DNA of 64,000 nucleotides from a virus, in the IMG/VR virus record IMGVR_UViG_3300019850_000208, positions 44,575 to 108,574 of that record. One strand, written 5' to 3'. A program made the position numbers and the translations under genes. Shown here piece after piece: positions 46,545 through 57,300 of the stretch. Each line of letters opens with the position of its first letter. Position 1 is the stretch's first letter. Under the pieces are notes generated by a model. That model did not search any database. It was given only the letters and a program-made list of their open reading frames with translations, and was not told where the DNA came from.

Positions 46545-48479
46545 TTATCCCCTCAATGCTCCGGAATTCAAAAAACCGTCTAGTATTACTAAGTTGCCGC
46601 TGACTACGGCGCGCCACACTTTGCTATCATAAAAATTCAAACTCAAGAAGCTTTCCGTGGCATCCTCAGGATTAGTAGATTCTTTACTGCTATTATATGG
46701 TGGAGGGAATCCCTTACCATCATTATGAACCTTTATTTTATAGTAATAATAATGTTCAGTCTCTAATCCAGTATATGTATCGTCATATCTAGTTACAGGT
46801 AATCCATCTGAATCTATAGCATCGATCGTATCAATAATTACAAATAAATTGTCTGGAGGACCATCTGGTGTATTATATAATCTCGCGGCATCTCCGGTAC
46901 CAGCATCAAATCTGTATATATCGTATCCCGTTGCCTGCATGACCATTTTCCAGGTAATTCTAATCCTATCTGTAAATTCCATTCTACTACAATCAACATC
47001 TATCGTTCTTGGCTCCCTTTCGGTGTCGGGTATTCTAAGAGAACCCAATTGATCATTGAGCAAATTAGATTTTTTTGTCAAAATATCAATGCCCTGATCA
47101 TTTGAAAATCTATCTACCAATGTTCCACCTGACTTATTTATCCGCGCATCTACCCATAAATATCGGATTGCGCGTAGTGCCGAAAATGAGCCATCCGCGG
47201 TCACAGGGCTAAGTTGCCCTAATATATTATTTTCTATCTCTGTCATTCTATTATTTATCTTTGTATTGAAATCATTAGTTAAAGCATTTACCGCCCCTAT
47301 TTCGCTATCGCTATAACCAGGACCATGTAGCGTGGGGCTTGCCGGCAAGTGCGCGCTCAATTGGCTCACCCATGAGCCGCTTCCACCTCCAGTCGTTACT
47401 TCTGTATAAAAGGTATTTGTTTCTGTCCACCCAAATGCGATGTCTCCAGAATTATCCCATGTTCCAGTACCACCTAATAATTCCCAATTAGTTGTTGTGC
47501 TACCAACTATTGATGTTGTGGCTTTATAATAATCAATTATATCAATTAAAATTGGTGGTATTCCATTTATAGCGTTTATGAGACTTGTTAATGCATTGTA
47601 ATAGATTGTCAAAGCAGCCGGAAAATCTGACCATCCAAGGCCATCCTTATTAGACCACCAGTCATTGTCCGTTGCTCTTTGATTATTGTTCCAAATATAA
47701 TAATTTCTTACTATCGCTGGATGAGGACCACCACTCCAATCTGGAATTGAATTTCCACCTTCTTCATGATCAGTAATAAATGTATAATAGCCTTGCCACT
47801 GATATGATTGTGTTGTTGCATTATATACCTTATATATCATTACCGGGGATAGCCATCCTAACCAATTAACATCATTTGCCTCTATATAATACTTACCATT
47901 CTGTAGCGGAGTACTCTGGCCGGGAATAATTACTCTTATTCCTATATAGTTAGGAGGCAGATTTGAATCTGATTGCAATGTAACCGTAGTTCCTGCGGCA
48001 GCTGACCACCGACTTTCAGAATAAGCAGCTTCAGAAAATATATAACCATTTAATAACTGGTCTGAAACACTTGCTAAATTATTTACTAATCCAACTATAC
48101 CACTAGTTCCGCTTCCTGATGTTCCATTTGTATAAACTTGCGGTGCCAACTTGTATGTATTCATTTCCAAATACTGTTGGCTCAAAGTCGGAAAAGTATC
48201 AAAATCAGATGCCTTTACAGAAAGGCGCCATGGAGATGTACTTGATAAATTATTCCATGCTCCCATAAATTTATTAACTGTTTTGCCATTCAGAGCCGTT
48301 CTCTCACCATAATATTTTATAATTGCATTTTCAACAGCTGTAAATAACTGGCCATTAGCTTGATCATTTGATCGTATGGAGATTCTTTCCATGTTCCACA
48401 TATACCAAACGCTGAATTTATTCGCGCGGGCATCAGCTTTGATGGATTCCTTTTTCTGTTCGAAGGTTGTTAAACCCAC
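46545..48479 (-). CDS. Baseplate-associated protein with C-terminal fibronectin-III-like domain
   Basis: GTG start; IRITW....ATGYDIYR...YDD...YYYYKIK FN3 pattern. Confidence 0.65.
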   Translation of the reverse strand: MGLTTFEQKKESIKADARANKFSVWYMWNMERISIRSNDQANGQLFTAVENAIIKYYGERTALNGKTVNKFMGAWNNLSSTSPWRLSVKASDFDTFPTLSQQYLEMNTYKLAPQVYTNGTSGSGTSGIVGLVNNLASVSDQLLNGYIFSEAAYSESRWSAAAGTTVTLQSDSNLPPNYIGIRVIIPGQSTPLQNGKYYIEANDVNWLGWLSPVMIYKVYNATTQSYQWQGYYTFITDHEEGGNSIPDWSGGPHPAIVRNYYIWNNNQRATDNDWWSNKDGLGWSDFPAALTIYYNALTSLINAINGIPPILIDIIDYYKATTSIVGSTTTNWELLGGTGTWDNSGDIAFGWTETNTFYTEVTTGGGSGSWVSQLSAHLPASPTLHGPGYSDSEIGAVNALTNDFNTKINNRMTEIENNILGQLSPVTADGSFSALRAIRYLWVDARINKSGGTLVDRFSNDQGIDILTKKSNLLNDQLGSLRIPDTEREPRTIDVDCSRMEFTDRIRITWKMVMQATGYDIYRFDAGTGDAARLYNTPDGPPDNLFVIIDTIDAIDSDGLPVTRYDDTYTGLETEHYYYYKIKVHNDGKGFPPPYNSSKESTNPEDATESFLSLNFYDSKVWRAVVSGNLVILDGFLNSGALRG

Positions 48480-48643
48480 ATCTTAACCCCTTTTTTCAAA
48501 TTGTCTTTAGCCCATAGTGGTTGAAGATTAGTATAGTGAAAGCATCTCTTTTGTTGTTCGGGATCAGTCAAATCAAAGCGGCAGCAGGGTATAATGTGAT
48601 CCATATGTATTTCGCCACATTTGGAACATCTTTTTGTTTTCAT
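48470..48643 (-). pseudogene. Internally deleted HNH homing endonuclease remnant (57 aa)
   Basis: Hand translation MKTKRCSKCGEIHMDHIIPCCRFDLTDPEQQKRCFHYTNLQPLWAKDNLKKGVKMWV; an N-terminal CxxC is joined directly to the DHIIP...YTNLQPLW..DN HNH core; AAGGAG RBS. Confidence 0.75.
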
Positions 48644-48658
48644 CTATTTTTAACTCCT

Positions 48659-50182
48659 TTATGCTTTTACAAAAACCTGTCCAGCACTAGGTGTGCTGCA
48701 AGGCCCACCTGATACGCCAGGAGGCGATATAATAAGGGCAGTTTGATTTAGAATTGAAGCTACAGCCGCTCCAAGATCAACCATTGAACCAATTGTCACT
48801 TTTGCATTCCCTATAATTTTCACTTTCGCATTAGCATTTATTTCAGCATTTGCATTAGCATTCACTTTGAAATTCATACTATCAGATTTTGTGTCATTAG
48901 CATCCAATTTAAGTGTTCCAAGACTGTCTGTTATTGTTATTAATTGCGGTTCTATTGAGATCGAACCCTTATCATTCGCGGTATCAAATTTAAGTATTCC
49001 AGAATCAACGCTTATTGTCTCCAGTGGGTTATTGCTCGTATCAACTCTTTTAATGCTTATTTCACCTAGCGTGTTAACGAGTAATCCTGGTGTTTCGTTG
49101 TTAAATCTCAAGACTTCAAAACTATCACCATATTCATAACTTCCAGTTGGATCACTGACTTGAGGATTATCAGTAGCGTTGGCACCATGCACCCACATAC
49201 CATTTTTTTGCATTTTGATAAAATTTCCCCAATCATCCTCCATATCAAAAGCTGTATTATCACTGCCCAGACCTGACGCTATGATGTGGATGCCATCTTT
49301 CTCAAGATTTATGGAGTTATTCCATACATCATCCATATGAATTCCATCATCATCCATCCATACAGAACTATAAGATGCAAACTCAGTATCTTTCTGATCT
49401 TCATTTCTCTTTGTTACTTTTGTTTTATAAAATAATCGTATTTCATCATCTTGAATTCTAAAAAAATTGGAATAGTTGTTGTTTAGCGGGTCGTTTCTAT
49501 CCGAATCATCTGATATCTCGCCTTCTAGTATAACATCATCATCTATAGAATAAGGTTCATAATTATATGTATATCCGATCTCATAGCCATCATTAGATGT
49601 CCGGCCTTGATTATATTTCAATATTGTAAATTCCTTTTCGGATAGTTTTAATAGATTTTCAGATTTAATCCATGAATCAGAATCATCACCATCCGCATAA
49701 AAATTCATATTATATTGATCATCGCTTCGAGTTGGGTATTGTGTTTTCCAGACAATTGTTGTCGGATCATTGTCCATCTCTACTGGTAATGCTGGAATAG
49801 TAAAACTCGTTTCTCCATCTTTTTGAATATCTAATTTCTGTAAATTGGAAGTGCCAAGCCAAATTGGAGTGGAACCATCGCCATCTAAATATGCAATGAA
49901 CCCTATAGAACCTATCGGCGGAATAATACATATTCCAGAATTTTGAGGGCCACCATTCAGAGTAAGAACAAAAGACCATGTGTAGTTTTCATCACTTTCA
50001 GATGGTGTATCGAATTTTAGAACTCTAACCCTCACCCTACCTCTATTTTGAGGGTCATTTGTGTTGATTACTTTGGCCCTATAAATGGCATTATATTGTC
50101 CTGATCTTAGATTATCCATCTCCGCGGGGAGATATCTTTTTACCGTTAAATCACTATTTGAAGCTCTTGTTCTTGTTTCCAT
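48659..50182 (-). CDS. Baseplate central spike (T4 gp5 / VgrG-like OB-fold plus beta-helix)
   Basis: YRAKV....DP.NRGRVRVRV...W...PPIGS...LDGD...PIWLG; C-terminal short beta-strand repeats; no lysozyme domain recognised. Confidence 0.85.
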   Translation of the reverse strand: METRTRASNSDLTVKRYLPAEMDNLRSGQYNAIYRAKVINTNDPQNRGRVRVRVLKFDTPSESDENYTWSFVLTLNGGPQNSGICIIPPIGSIGFIAYLDGDGSTPIWLGTSNLQKLDIQKDGETSFTIPALPVEMDNDPTTIVWKTQYPTRSDDQYNMNFYADGDDSDSWIKSENLLKLSEKEFTILKYNQGRTSNDGYEIGYTYNYEPYSIDDDVILEGEISDDSDRNDPLNNNYSNFFRIQDDEIRLFYKTKVTKRNEDQKDTEFASYSSVWMDDDGIHMDDVWNNSINLEKDGIHIIASGLGSDNTAFDMEDDWGNFIKMQKNGMWVHGANATDNPQVSDPTGSYEYGDSFEVLRFNNETPGLLVNTLGEISIKRVDTSNNPLETISVDSGILKFDTANDKGSISIEPQLITITDSLGTLKLDANDTKSDSMNFKVNANANAEINANAKVKIIGNAKVTIGSMVDLGAAVASILNQTALIISPPGVSGGPCSTPSAGQVFVKA

Positions 50183-50185
50183 GAT

Positions 50186-50533
50186 TTAAGCTCCAGAAAT
50201 ACTAAGCACTCTAAATGAATCTGGAATTCTTATGGTTGTTCCAGCTTTAAGATCTTTAATTGGGTGTTGAATGTTATTGGTTTTGGCGATTACCCACCAC
50301 AATTTTGTTGTTCCATAAAATTTAAGAGATATTAAATCGGGTCTGTATTGCGTCGCATTATCGATAACGTAAAATGTATCCAATTCTCCTCTGGGAAATG
50401 AAGGCAAATTTTGATAGCCAAGACCAATTCTATATGTAGATATATTCTCATCGTATATAATATCATAGTATTGATATCGATTGTCTTCAGTAAATAAATT
50501 ATTTTTCTTTTTAGAAGAAGTAGTATAAGCCAT
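50186..50533 (-). CDS. Baseplate wedge LysM-like protein (T4 gp53-like)
   Basis: RPDLISLKFYG...LWWVIA..NNI..P...L.AG..IRIP. Confidence 0.88.
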   Translation of the reverse strand: MAYTTSSKKKNNLFTEDNRYQYYDIIYDENISTYRIGLGYQNLPSFPRGELDTFYVIDNATQYRPDLISLKFYGTTKLWWVIAKTNNIQHPIKDLKAGTTIRIPDSFRVLSISGA

Positions 50534-50544
50534 AAATTTTCTCC

Positions 50545-53500
50545 TTAGAATGGCCTTATTTTATCTATGATAGATTGTTTGAGTGTAGCCGATTGTCCTG
50601 GCTGCGGTTGCAAAGGTATATATCCTGATAGATCTCTAAATCCTTCGTATGTAAAAATGTCTTCATCAACTTCTATCATATTAAGTGAAATAGTGAGTTT
50701 TTGATTTCTCTTCGTTTCTGGATTAATTTGACCTTCATGTGCTAGGCTGACTTGAGTCACAATGAATAATGGATCTATATCATCTTTTTGAACAATCTGG
50801 CCATTTTTATCTTTCCAGCTAACGCGCTTTTTAAAGTAATGCCCATAATGTAGTCTTACTACCGGAGGAGCTGTGTTATCTGAACGATGATATTGTGGAA
50901 CTACCAGGCCTCTTAATGTATTGGCAATCCAATAAACAGTATCTTCATCCCAGCCAACTAAATCTTCCATCCCCTGATACTCTTTTGCTTTTAACTGCCC
51001 CAATGTGCTAACTGCAGCACTCGGGACATTCATAGCTCCCTTTCTAATTGTTGATTTCGCCAGATCACTTATTGTTGTTGCTATTATCTCCGTAGGGTTA
51101 TTTGTTGTAACTGGCGGTTCAAGAACAGCATAAGTTAAATTGATCTGCAAACTTCTGTTTTGAGAACCTGTATATGTATAGAGACTATTAGATCTGCCAA
51201 GGATCTGTAATGCTGACCAATTGGCCGATTTAGAATCGCCACTAATTTCTGGCTTGAACTGAAATGGAATCCTGGATGGAATGCTCAAGGTTTCTTGACC
51301 ATATCTAGTAGCGCGTGCGCCAGGTTTTGGAGGTCTATAAATACTGTTCTTACCTGAACCATAGCCTCCCTCCTCAGCCATATTTAATGGCTCTCCTGAA
51401 TTATTAACATTTCCTTTGGAAAATACTTCTAAATACCCATAGCCTCTTAAAGTCTTTTTATTTGGAGTTATAATAACTACAGGCTTTACTGTATGCAACG
51501 TATCGCTTGATGTTTTTGGAACCTGCCCGGGTGTAACTTCCACTTCGGTTCCATCCATTTTAAGTATTTTTCTGGCCTTGGTTTTTGCCCAATTCGAAAC
51601 CGCTCCACGTGGCCCCAATGGCCGCGAAAGTCTATTTGCTGTGAAATATAGATCATAGTAGGGCATTTCCTGCCCCAAGTTAAATGGCCCAACATTTATT
51701 CTCATTTCTTCTGGAAGAGAATTTAATTTTTTTGGGTCTATTCCAAGAGTCCTCGCCGCCTGGCCAATAGATTCAAAACCAGGAATATCACTTAAGTGAA
51801 GATCCAATGGAAGTTTTTTCTCAAAGCCCATACCTCTTTCTGCTAGCACCTGTCTTACCATTCCATTAACAGTTCGTCTATCATCAAAATCTCGATCTAC
51901 AGAATCAGTTACATCAATCTGATTGTCAGGAGCATCCTTAGACAGTCCAGACTTTTGGGATATATTCAGTGCACCGACTGATCCCGGTCTTAGATAAGCT
52001 ACTGGAGCTATAAAATCTCCGGGATTGAATTCATACGCCCGTCCTAATTTATCAAATTGCCTCTCAGGCGCCTCACTGTAAGTTTTTATATTTACCATCA
52101 ATCTTGGAGCGCCCTGGGTCCCTTTCACTTCAGCTGCAGAGCTCTGCATTGGCACTGAGAGTTCTGCTGTATTTGGAGCGTACCTGTCTGCTGGTCTGTT
52201 AAAAGGTGTTTCGATAATTTGATTGCCTGCAGCATCCACGCCAACAACTACATTTGCTATATCTGGAGAATTAGATTTTATCACATCAGAATCTGTTATC
52301 ATATTCAATGATTCATTCTCAGAAAATGTTGTTATAGTAGGTCTATACAGAGCCGGATCCCTTAAAATATTATATTGAACTCTTGGATCGTTTGCTGTTC
52401 CTTTGACCAAGCCGGCATCTGATTGCATACTATTATTTAGGCTATTTATATTAATACCAGGTGTTATTGCTTCTTTATGAATAGTTCTGTCAATAGGCGC
52501 CATTGGCTCGATTGAATCTCCCTTAGCATGACCGGCCGCTGACATCATTCCTGCAGATTGTTGCGTTCCAGGTTTGTTAGTGCCGGCGATATTATCAATC
52601 AATGGTGAAAAATTATAGGATACTGTTTGTGATTCCGGCTTTATCAATCTGGCATCGCTCAAGTCAAAATGATTTTGGGAATTTCTGGCTCCTGCCCCGG
52701 CGGTTACGCCTGTCAAACTGATCCTTCCGGAAGCATCAAAAGGCAATGGCCTTACTGTCACCACCGATATTTGCTCTTTGTATTCAGGTATAATAGTATT
52801 TATATTTTGTTTTTCGGCAATTCTGGGATTAAAGTTATATGATAATTCATTGGTATTTTTAGCTGGAGAGCCTATCTCCACAAGACCGATCCTATTATTA
52901 GAACCGACAGAGGTCCCAGATACAGTTACTGATTGACTGATATCTTCAGGTGATATTGTTTCCGAAAAATGTTGGGATCCTCTGAGAAATGCTCTGTCTG
53001 ATATGGAAGCATTAATAACGTTTAAATTATCTGATTTAATTAATTTATCTGAATCATGAAATGTGTCTGATAGATAATTATCAACATTAGATGGTATTTC
53101 AAAAACAGCATCGGCTATATTCTTATCCTGTTTACTAATACGCACTTTCTCAGCAATATCTGCAACTACAAGAGCTATTATGTCTTCAAAACTTGAAGGT
53201 TTAATGGAACTGTTATCATTTACAGGATTGTTTCGGATATAATTTTGATCTGCTTCTAGATTTCTATGGCCTAATTTAATTGTTTTTTCTTCTGGTTTTG
53301 CATTTGTGCTGTATAATTCTGGTCTTTCGCTTACATCGCCATAAAGTTCTCTAATTTTTGAACGAGAAAATTGCTTTATGTCAAGAACCTTCTGATTTGC
53401 AACTTCGTCTTTTATGTTTTCAACAACCTGATTCCATGATATCTCCACGTCTTCTTTATTCTTTTGCAATTCTGGAGGCAGTACATCTTTTAATGATTTA

Positions 53501-54384
53501 GCCAGATGCTGCAATTCTGGTATATTTATTTCTTCTTTTGATTTATGTTTATCTGTTTCTTTTATACTCTTATCAATTTTTGAATCATGGCCAGGGGTAT
53601 AAATATCAATGAAATTCTTTGGAAGATGTGCATAAGCGACGATATCTTTTGTACCTTTGAAATCATGTTCAGGTGGTATAAAGTTTGTTTCGGTTTTGTT
53701 GGTTCCTGCTGGCGCATCCTGTAAATCCAGCAGTTGCTTATCATTTTCAGAACGAGGAATTGATATATTCTGCTGTGTTTTATTTTCACCGCCAGGCGGC
53801 TCCGCTATATTGATTTCTGACTTGTTTAATTTGCCTTTTGGATTAACATCAACAGACGCTTTCTGTAAGTTGGCATCTATATTAATAGGACTATCAATTT
53901 TGCTTTCTTTAGTGGCTGAACTTTCAATTACATGTTCTGTTTTTGCACCATGTTCCAAAGTATTTATGGGTTGTTGTTCTTTACTGCTCGTTCTTTCATG
54001 AATATTTATATCTAATAATTGTTTCCAAAGATATGCACCAGGAATTTCTTCTATTTTCTCCTGTTTTCCGGATGTCTGCTGTGTCTGTTCTATTTCTGTG
54101 ACAGTTTTATTAGACCGTTCCAAAGGCTCTTTTATTTCAGCTTCTGTTTTTTTTGCTACTCCTTCGATATTTTCAACTTTAATTGATTCTTTCCCTGGAC
54201 CCTGTTCTGGAGTTAATACCTGTTCATTTTTATGCGAAGAATTGGTTGTAATATCTACACTGGCAGATTCCTTAGCGGCGTTAGTGACAGGCAAAGTTAC
54301 CTCTTGATGTTCTTTTTTGGGCTCATCTTTATGCGGTTCTGCTCCATACCCGCTTCCAGTGTTTAAACAATCTTTATCTGCCAT
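50545..54384 (-). CDS. Tail-tube initiator/cap-like protein (gp48/gp54-like C-terminal domain) with ~1000-aa N-terminal extension
   Basis: C-terminal IPFQF.P..S.DSKSANW....ILGR....YTY....R.L...L...LRGLV.PQY...PPVVRL.YG; position between tape measure and gp53. Confidence 0.7.
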   Translation of the reverse strand: MADKDCLNTGSGYGAEPHKDEPKKEHQEVTLPVTNAAKESASVDITTNSSHKNEQVLTPEQGPGKESIKVENIEGVAKKTEAEIKEPLERSNKTVTEIEQTQQTSGKQEKIEEIPGAYLWKQLLDINIHERTSSKEQQPINTLEHGAKTEHVIESSATKESKIDSPINIDANLQKASVDVNPKGKLNKSEINIAEPPGGENKTQQNISIPRSENDKQLLDLQDAPAGTNKTETNFIPPEHDFKGTKDIVAYAHLPKNFIDIYTPGHDSKIDKSIKETDKHKSKEEINIPELQHLAKSLKDVLPPELQKNKEDVEISWNQVVENIKDEVANQKVLDIKQFSRSKIRELYGDVSERPELYSTNAKPEEKTIKLGHRNLEADQNYIRNNPVNDNSSIKPSSFEDIIALVVADIAEKVRISKQDKNIADAVFEIPSNVDNYLSDTFHDSDKLIKSDNLNVINASISDRAFLRGSQHFSETISPEDISQSVTVSGTSVGSNNRIGLVEIGSPAKNTNELSYNFNPRIAEKQNINTIIPEYKEQISVVTVRPLPFDASGRISLTGVTAGAGARNSQNHFDLSDARLIKPESQTVSYNFSPLIDNIAGTNKPGTQQSAGMMSAAGHAKGDSIEPMAPIDRTIHKEAITPGININSLNNSMQSDAGLVKGTANDPRVQYNILRDPALYRPTITTFSENESLNMITDSDVIKSNSPDIANVVVGVDAAGNQIIETPFNRPADRYAPNTAELSVPMQSSAAEVKGTQGAPRLMVNIKTYSEAPERQFDKLGRAYEFNPGDFIAPVAYLRPGSVGALNISQKSGLSKDAPDNQIDVTDSVDRDFDDRRTVNGMVRQVLAERGMGFEKKLPLDLHLSDIPGFESIGQAARTLGIDPKKLNSLPEEMRINVGPFNLGQEMPYYDLYFTANRLSRPLGPRGAVSNWAKTKARKILKMDGTEVEVTPGQVPKTSSDTLHTVKPVVIITPNKKTLRGYGYLEVFSKGNVNNSGEPLNMAEEGGYGSGKNSIYRPPKPGARATRYGQETLSIPSRIPFQFKPEISGDSKSANWSALQILGRSNSLYTYTGSQNRSLQINLTYAVLEPPVTTNNPTEIIATTISDLAKSTIRKGAMNVPSAAVSTLGQLKAKEYQGMEDLVGWDEDTVYWIANTLRGLVVPQYHRSDNTAPPVVRLHYGHYFKKRVSWKDKNGQIVQKDDIDPLFIVTQVSLAHEGQINPETKRNQKLTISLNMIEVDEDIFTYEGFRDLSGYIPLQPQPGQSATLKQSIIDKIRPF

Positions 54385-54387
54385 TGT

Positions 54388-57300
54388 TTATACCCTCTCT
54401 GCTATTTGCGGCATTAAGCGTGCCAGCAATGTAGTGGTTCGCTCTGCGTTATCTCTTATGTCTTCTATTTTTTCTGCAACAGCTTTCATGGCTATTGTTG
54501 ATTCTTTCATCAGCTCTGCATTTGTATCTAATCTTGAGACCATTTGCTCGGCGGTTTCTTGCTGTATCTGTTTCGCCTCTGTGGTTGTCGTTGTTTGCTT
54601 GTTTATCTGCTTCGATAAATCCACAGCCTTCACTGTTGTTTCTTTGCCTTGAAACGCTCCAGCTCCTGCTTCAGCTCCTGCTCCGGCACCAGCTCCGGCG
54701 CCTTGTAAGCTGCCTGCTCCAGTTTGTAAATTATACTGCCAATTAAGGCCCTTGAATAATTCCGCAAAGAACCCTTCTTTTGCTGCTTCTGATGGTTTCG
54801 GTGCTTTTTCTTCCCTTTTGCCAATATGCAAAAGGCTATGAATCGTCTTAAAAAGCTTATCGAATTTTTCAAATATCCATTTAAACACCTTCGTTATTAA
54901 TTCTACGTATTTAGCTGCTAATCTTATTACTATTACAATAATGTTCAACAAATATTTGAGCAATGGCCCAAGCAAGTCTAATATTGTATTAGTAAGTGTT
55001 ATGGCTAGATCTAATGCTGGCATCATAGCATCAATTACTGGTCCTAATGCATCTACAATGGACTGTATTATAGGGCCTAACATCTGCATGATCATAGCGA
55101 CTACATCGAAGATCTTCGATAACGCTGGAGCTAATTTTACCATTAATTTAGCTATCATGTCACCAATCATGCCCCATAGCTGTGAGAAAGCATCAAATAT
55201 TGGCTTCAGAGCCTTTATGATATTAATAATGGCTGGCATTATGGCTTCAAGAACTTTAGATATTGCTTGGAAAATATGGGTAAGCGGGCCTTTTAAATTA
55301 TTTATTATGTCACCAATAATATTTCCAAATGTCTCAAATACAGGGCCAAGCGCCTTTACTATAATTCTTATAGTTGGCATCAACGCACTAATAAGGCTCG
55401 TAATTAGATCCGTTATCGGTCCTATTATCTGTTGTACGAATCCCAAGGCCGCTTCAATAGCGGGCTGTAATGCGTCAGTTACAGTCATTACTGCATCTAG
55501 AATTGGCGGGACTATTGTCATGAAAGAATCAGCAAGCGTAGTTAATATCCTTTCGACAATTGGCATAAATTTCATAACCATATCGACTATTTTTTGGACT
55601 ATCACAAGAGCTTTATTAAAAATAGAATCCTCTCCGCCGCCGAAGAATACCTTTGCCACTCTCCCAACCAACTCGAACAATGGCGCAATCAACTTGCTCA
55701 TCATTCCTGCTGCTTGGCCCATCCAATCTGCGATTTGTTTAATATATGGTCTGGCATCTTTAAAGGCCTTATTCAGGCGCGTCATAAAATCACGAAGAAG
55801 TTCCATTATTGGCTGGATAACATCTATCATGAGTAGAGCCATTCTATTTCTAGCCTCTTCAAATTGCTCTTTAGTTTGCTTTCTCTGTCTATCCCTCTGT
55901 TTCTTTAAAACATCATCGGCCCCTTTTGCAGTCCGACCCATTATTTTATTCACCTTGCCTACCTGATCTTCTGTCAGGCCTGCGAGTTGTTGAGCCATTC
56001 CATAAGACATGTTCATCGCCTTGGCGTATTCCTTACCAGCAATAGGCCCCATTGATGCAATTCTTTTTGAAAGTTTTACGAATTTAGCAGCCATATCCTC
56101 TGGTATTTCACTTGAGCCCTGCATAATGGCGCTGGCTTTAGTCACGCTCATTCCAAGTTGTGAATAAAGTGCTATATTATTTTCGAGCTGATCTGGATTA
56201 AACAAATCTGCCACCTTCTGCGCGGCGGCATCTGCTTCAAGACCTACCTGTATGAATGTTGCCGCTAAGCTTGTTGTGGCTCTTGTGTATGATCTGATTA
56301 CTTTGGATGTCGCGCCCATCTGTCTCAAACGGCCTGTCGTCTTCATTATGTTCTGAGCCAGTCCCTGTGTTTCAGCAGCTGACAATCCCAGACTCTGTTG
56401 TAATGCCGCAAACTGATTAAGAACACCTTTGATCTCTTTTTGGGATAATCTGCCTACATGTTGTAATGTTCCAACTAATTGAGTAGATTGTTCATAGCTC
56501 ATTCCAAGGCCCTTTGCGGCTTCAAATGACATATCAGCAAGGCCTTTGAGATCTCCTACGGGAATATGTTGCCCTGCCAATGTGGCGTATATGTTTGACA
56601 TATCCTGAACTGCTGCTCCAGCATCCATCGCAGAGTCTTTAATATCAGTCATTAACCGTTTTGTTGTTTCTCCAAATTTCTTGCTACTCTCAACTCCACC
56701 GGTCATAGTTCTTGCTATATCATTTACAGCGGCATCCAAATCTACCGAACTTTTGATTGCGTTAATAAATGAAAGTCCACCCAGAAGTTTTAACAGGTTC
56801 CCTACGAGTTTCATAACCATACCAACCGGGCCCATTATGGTGCGCCACATAATTTTGGCTATGCCCGCAGCGCCTTTCATGGCTCCTATTGCTGATTCCC
56901 CAAATACTACTGCCGCCTTACCGGCCGTTCTGAAGGCGAAACGGATAACCTGAAGGCCCTTTCCCAAAAGACCACCATCTTCTATTGCTCTATCCATTCC
57001 ATCCTTTAACCTTTTAAATAAGCTTTGCTGTTCTTTATTTGTGTGAGACAATGCCGTTTGCATTAAAGACTGCTGCGTTTCGAACTCAGCAGCCCCTTTA
57101 GTAATAACTCCGAACATTCCACCGGCCGCTTTACTAACTCTTTGTGCTAATCTGCCAAAAAAGCCAAGATTGGCGTTCTGCTCTTTCTGAGCTTTTTGCG
57201 CATTTTCCGCTAGCTTTGCCAGTTTCTCATCATCTTTCTTTTCTTGTTTTCTTTTTTTGAGCATAGCGTCTTCAAAGGTATCGGACTTTTTCATATATTT

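Noticed and set aside
54941-55966. 341-aa plus-strand ORF and the many other short plus-strand ORFs
   Set aside because: Antisense shadows of long minus-strand genes, with no RBS or recognisable motifs.
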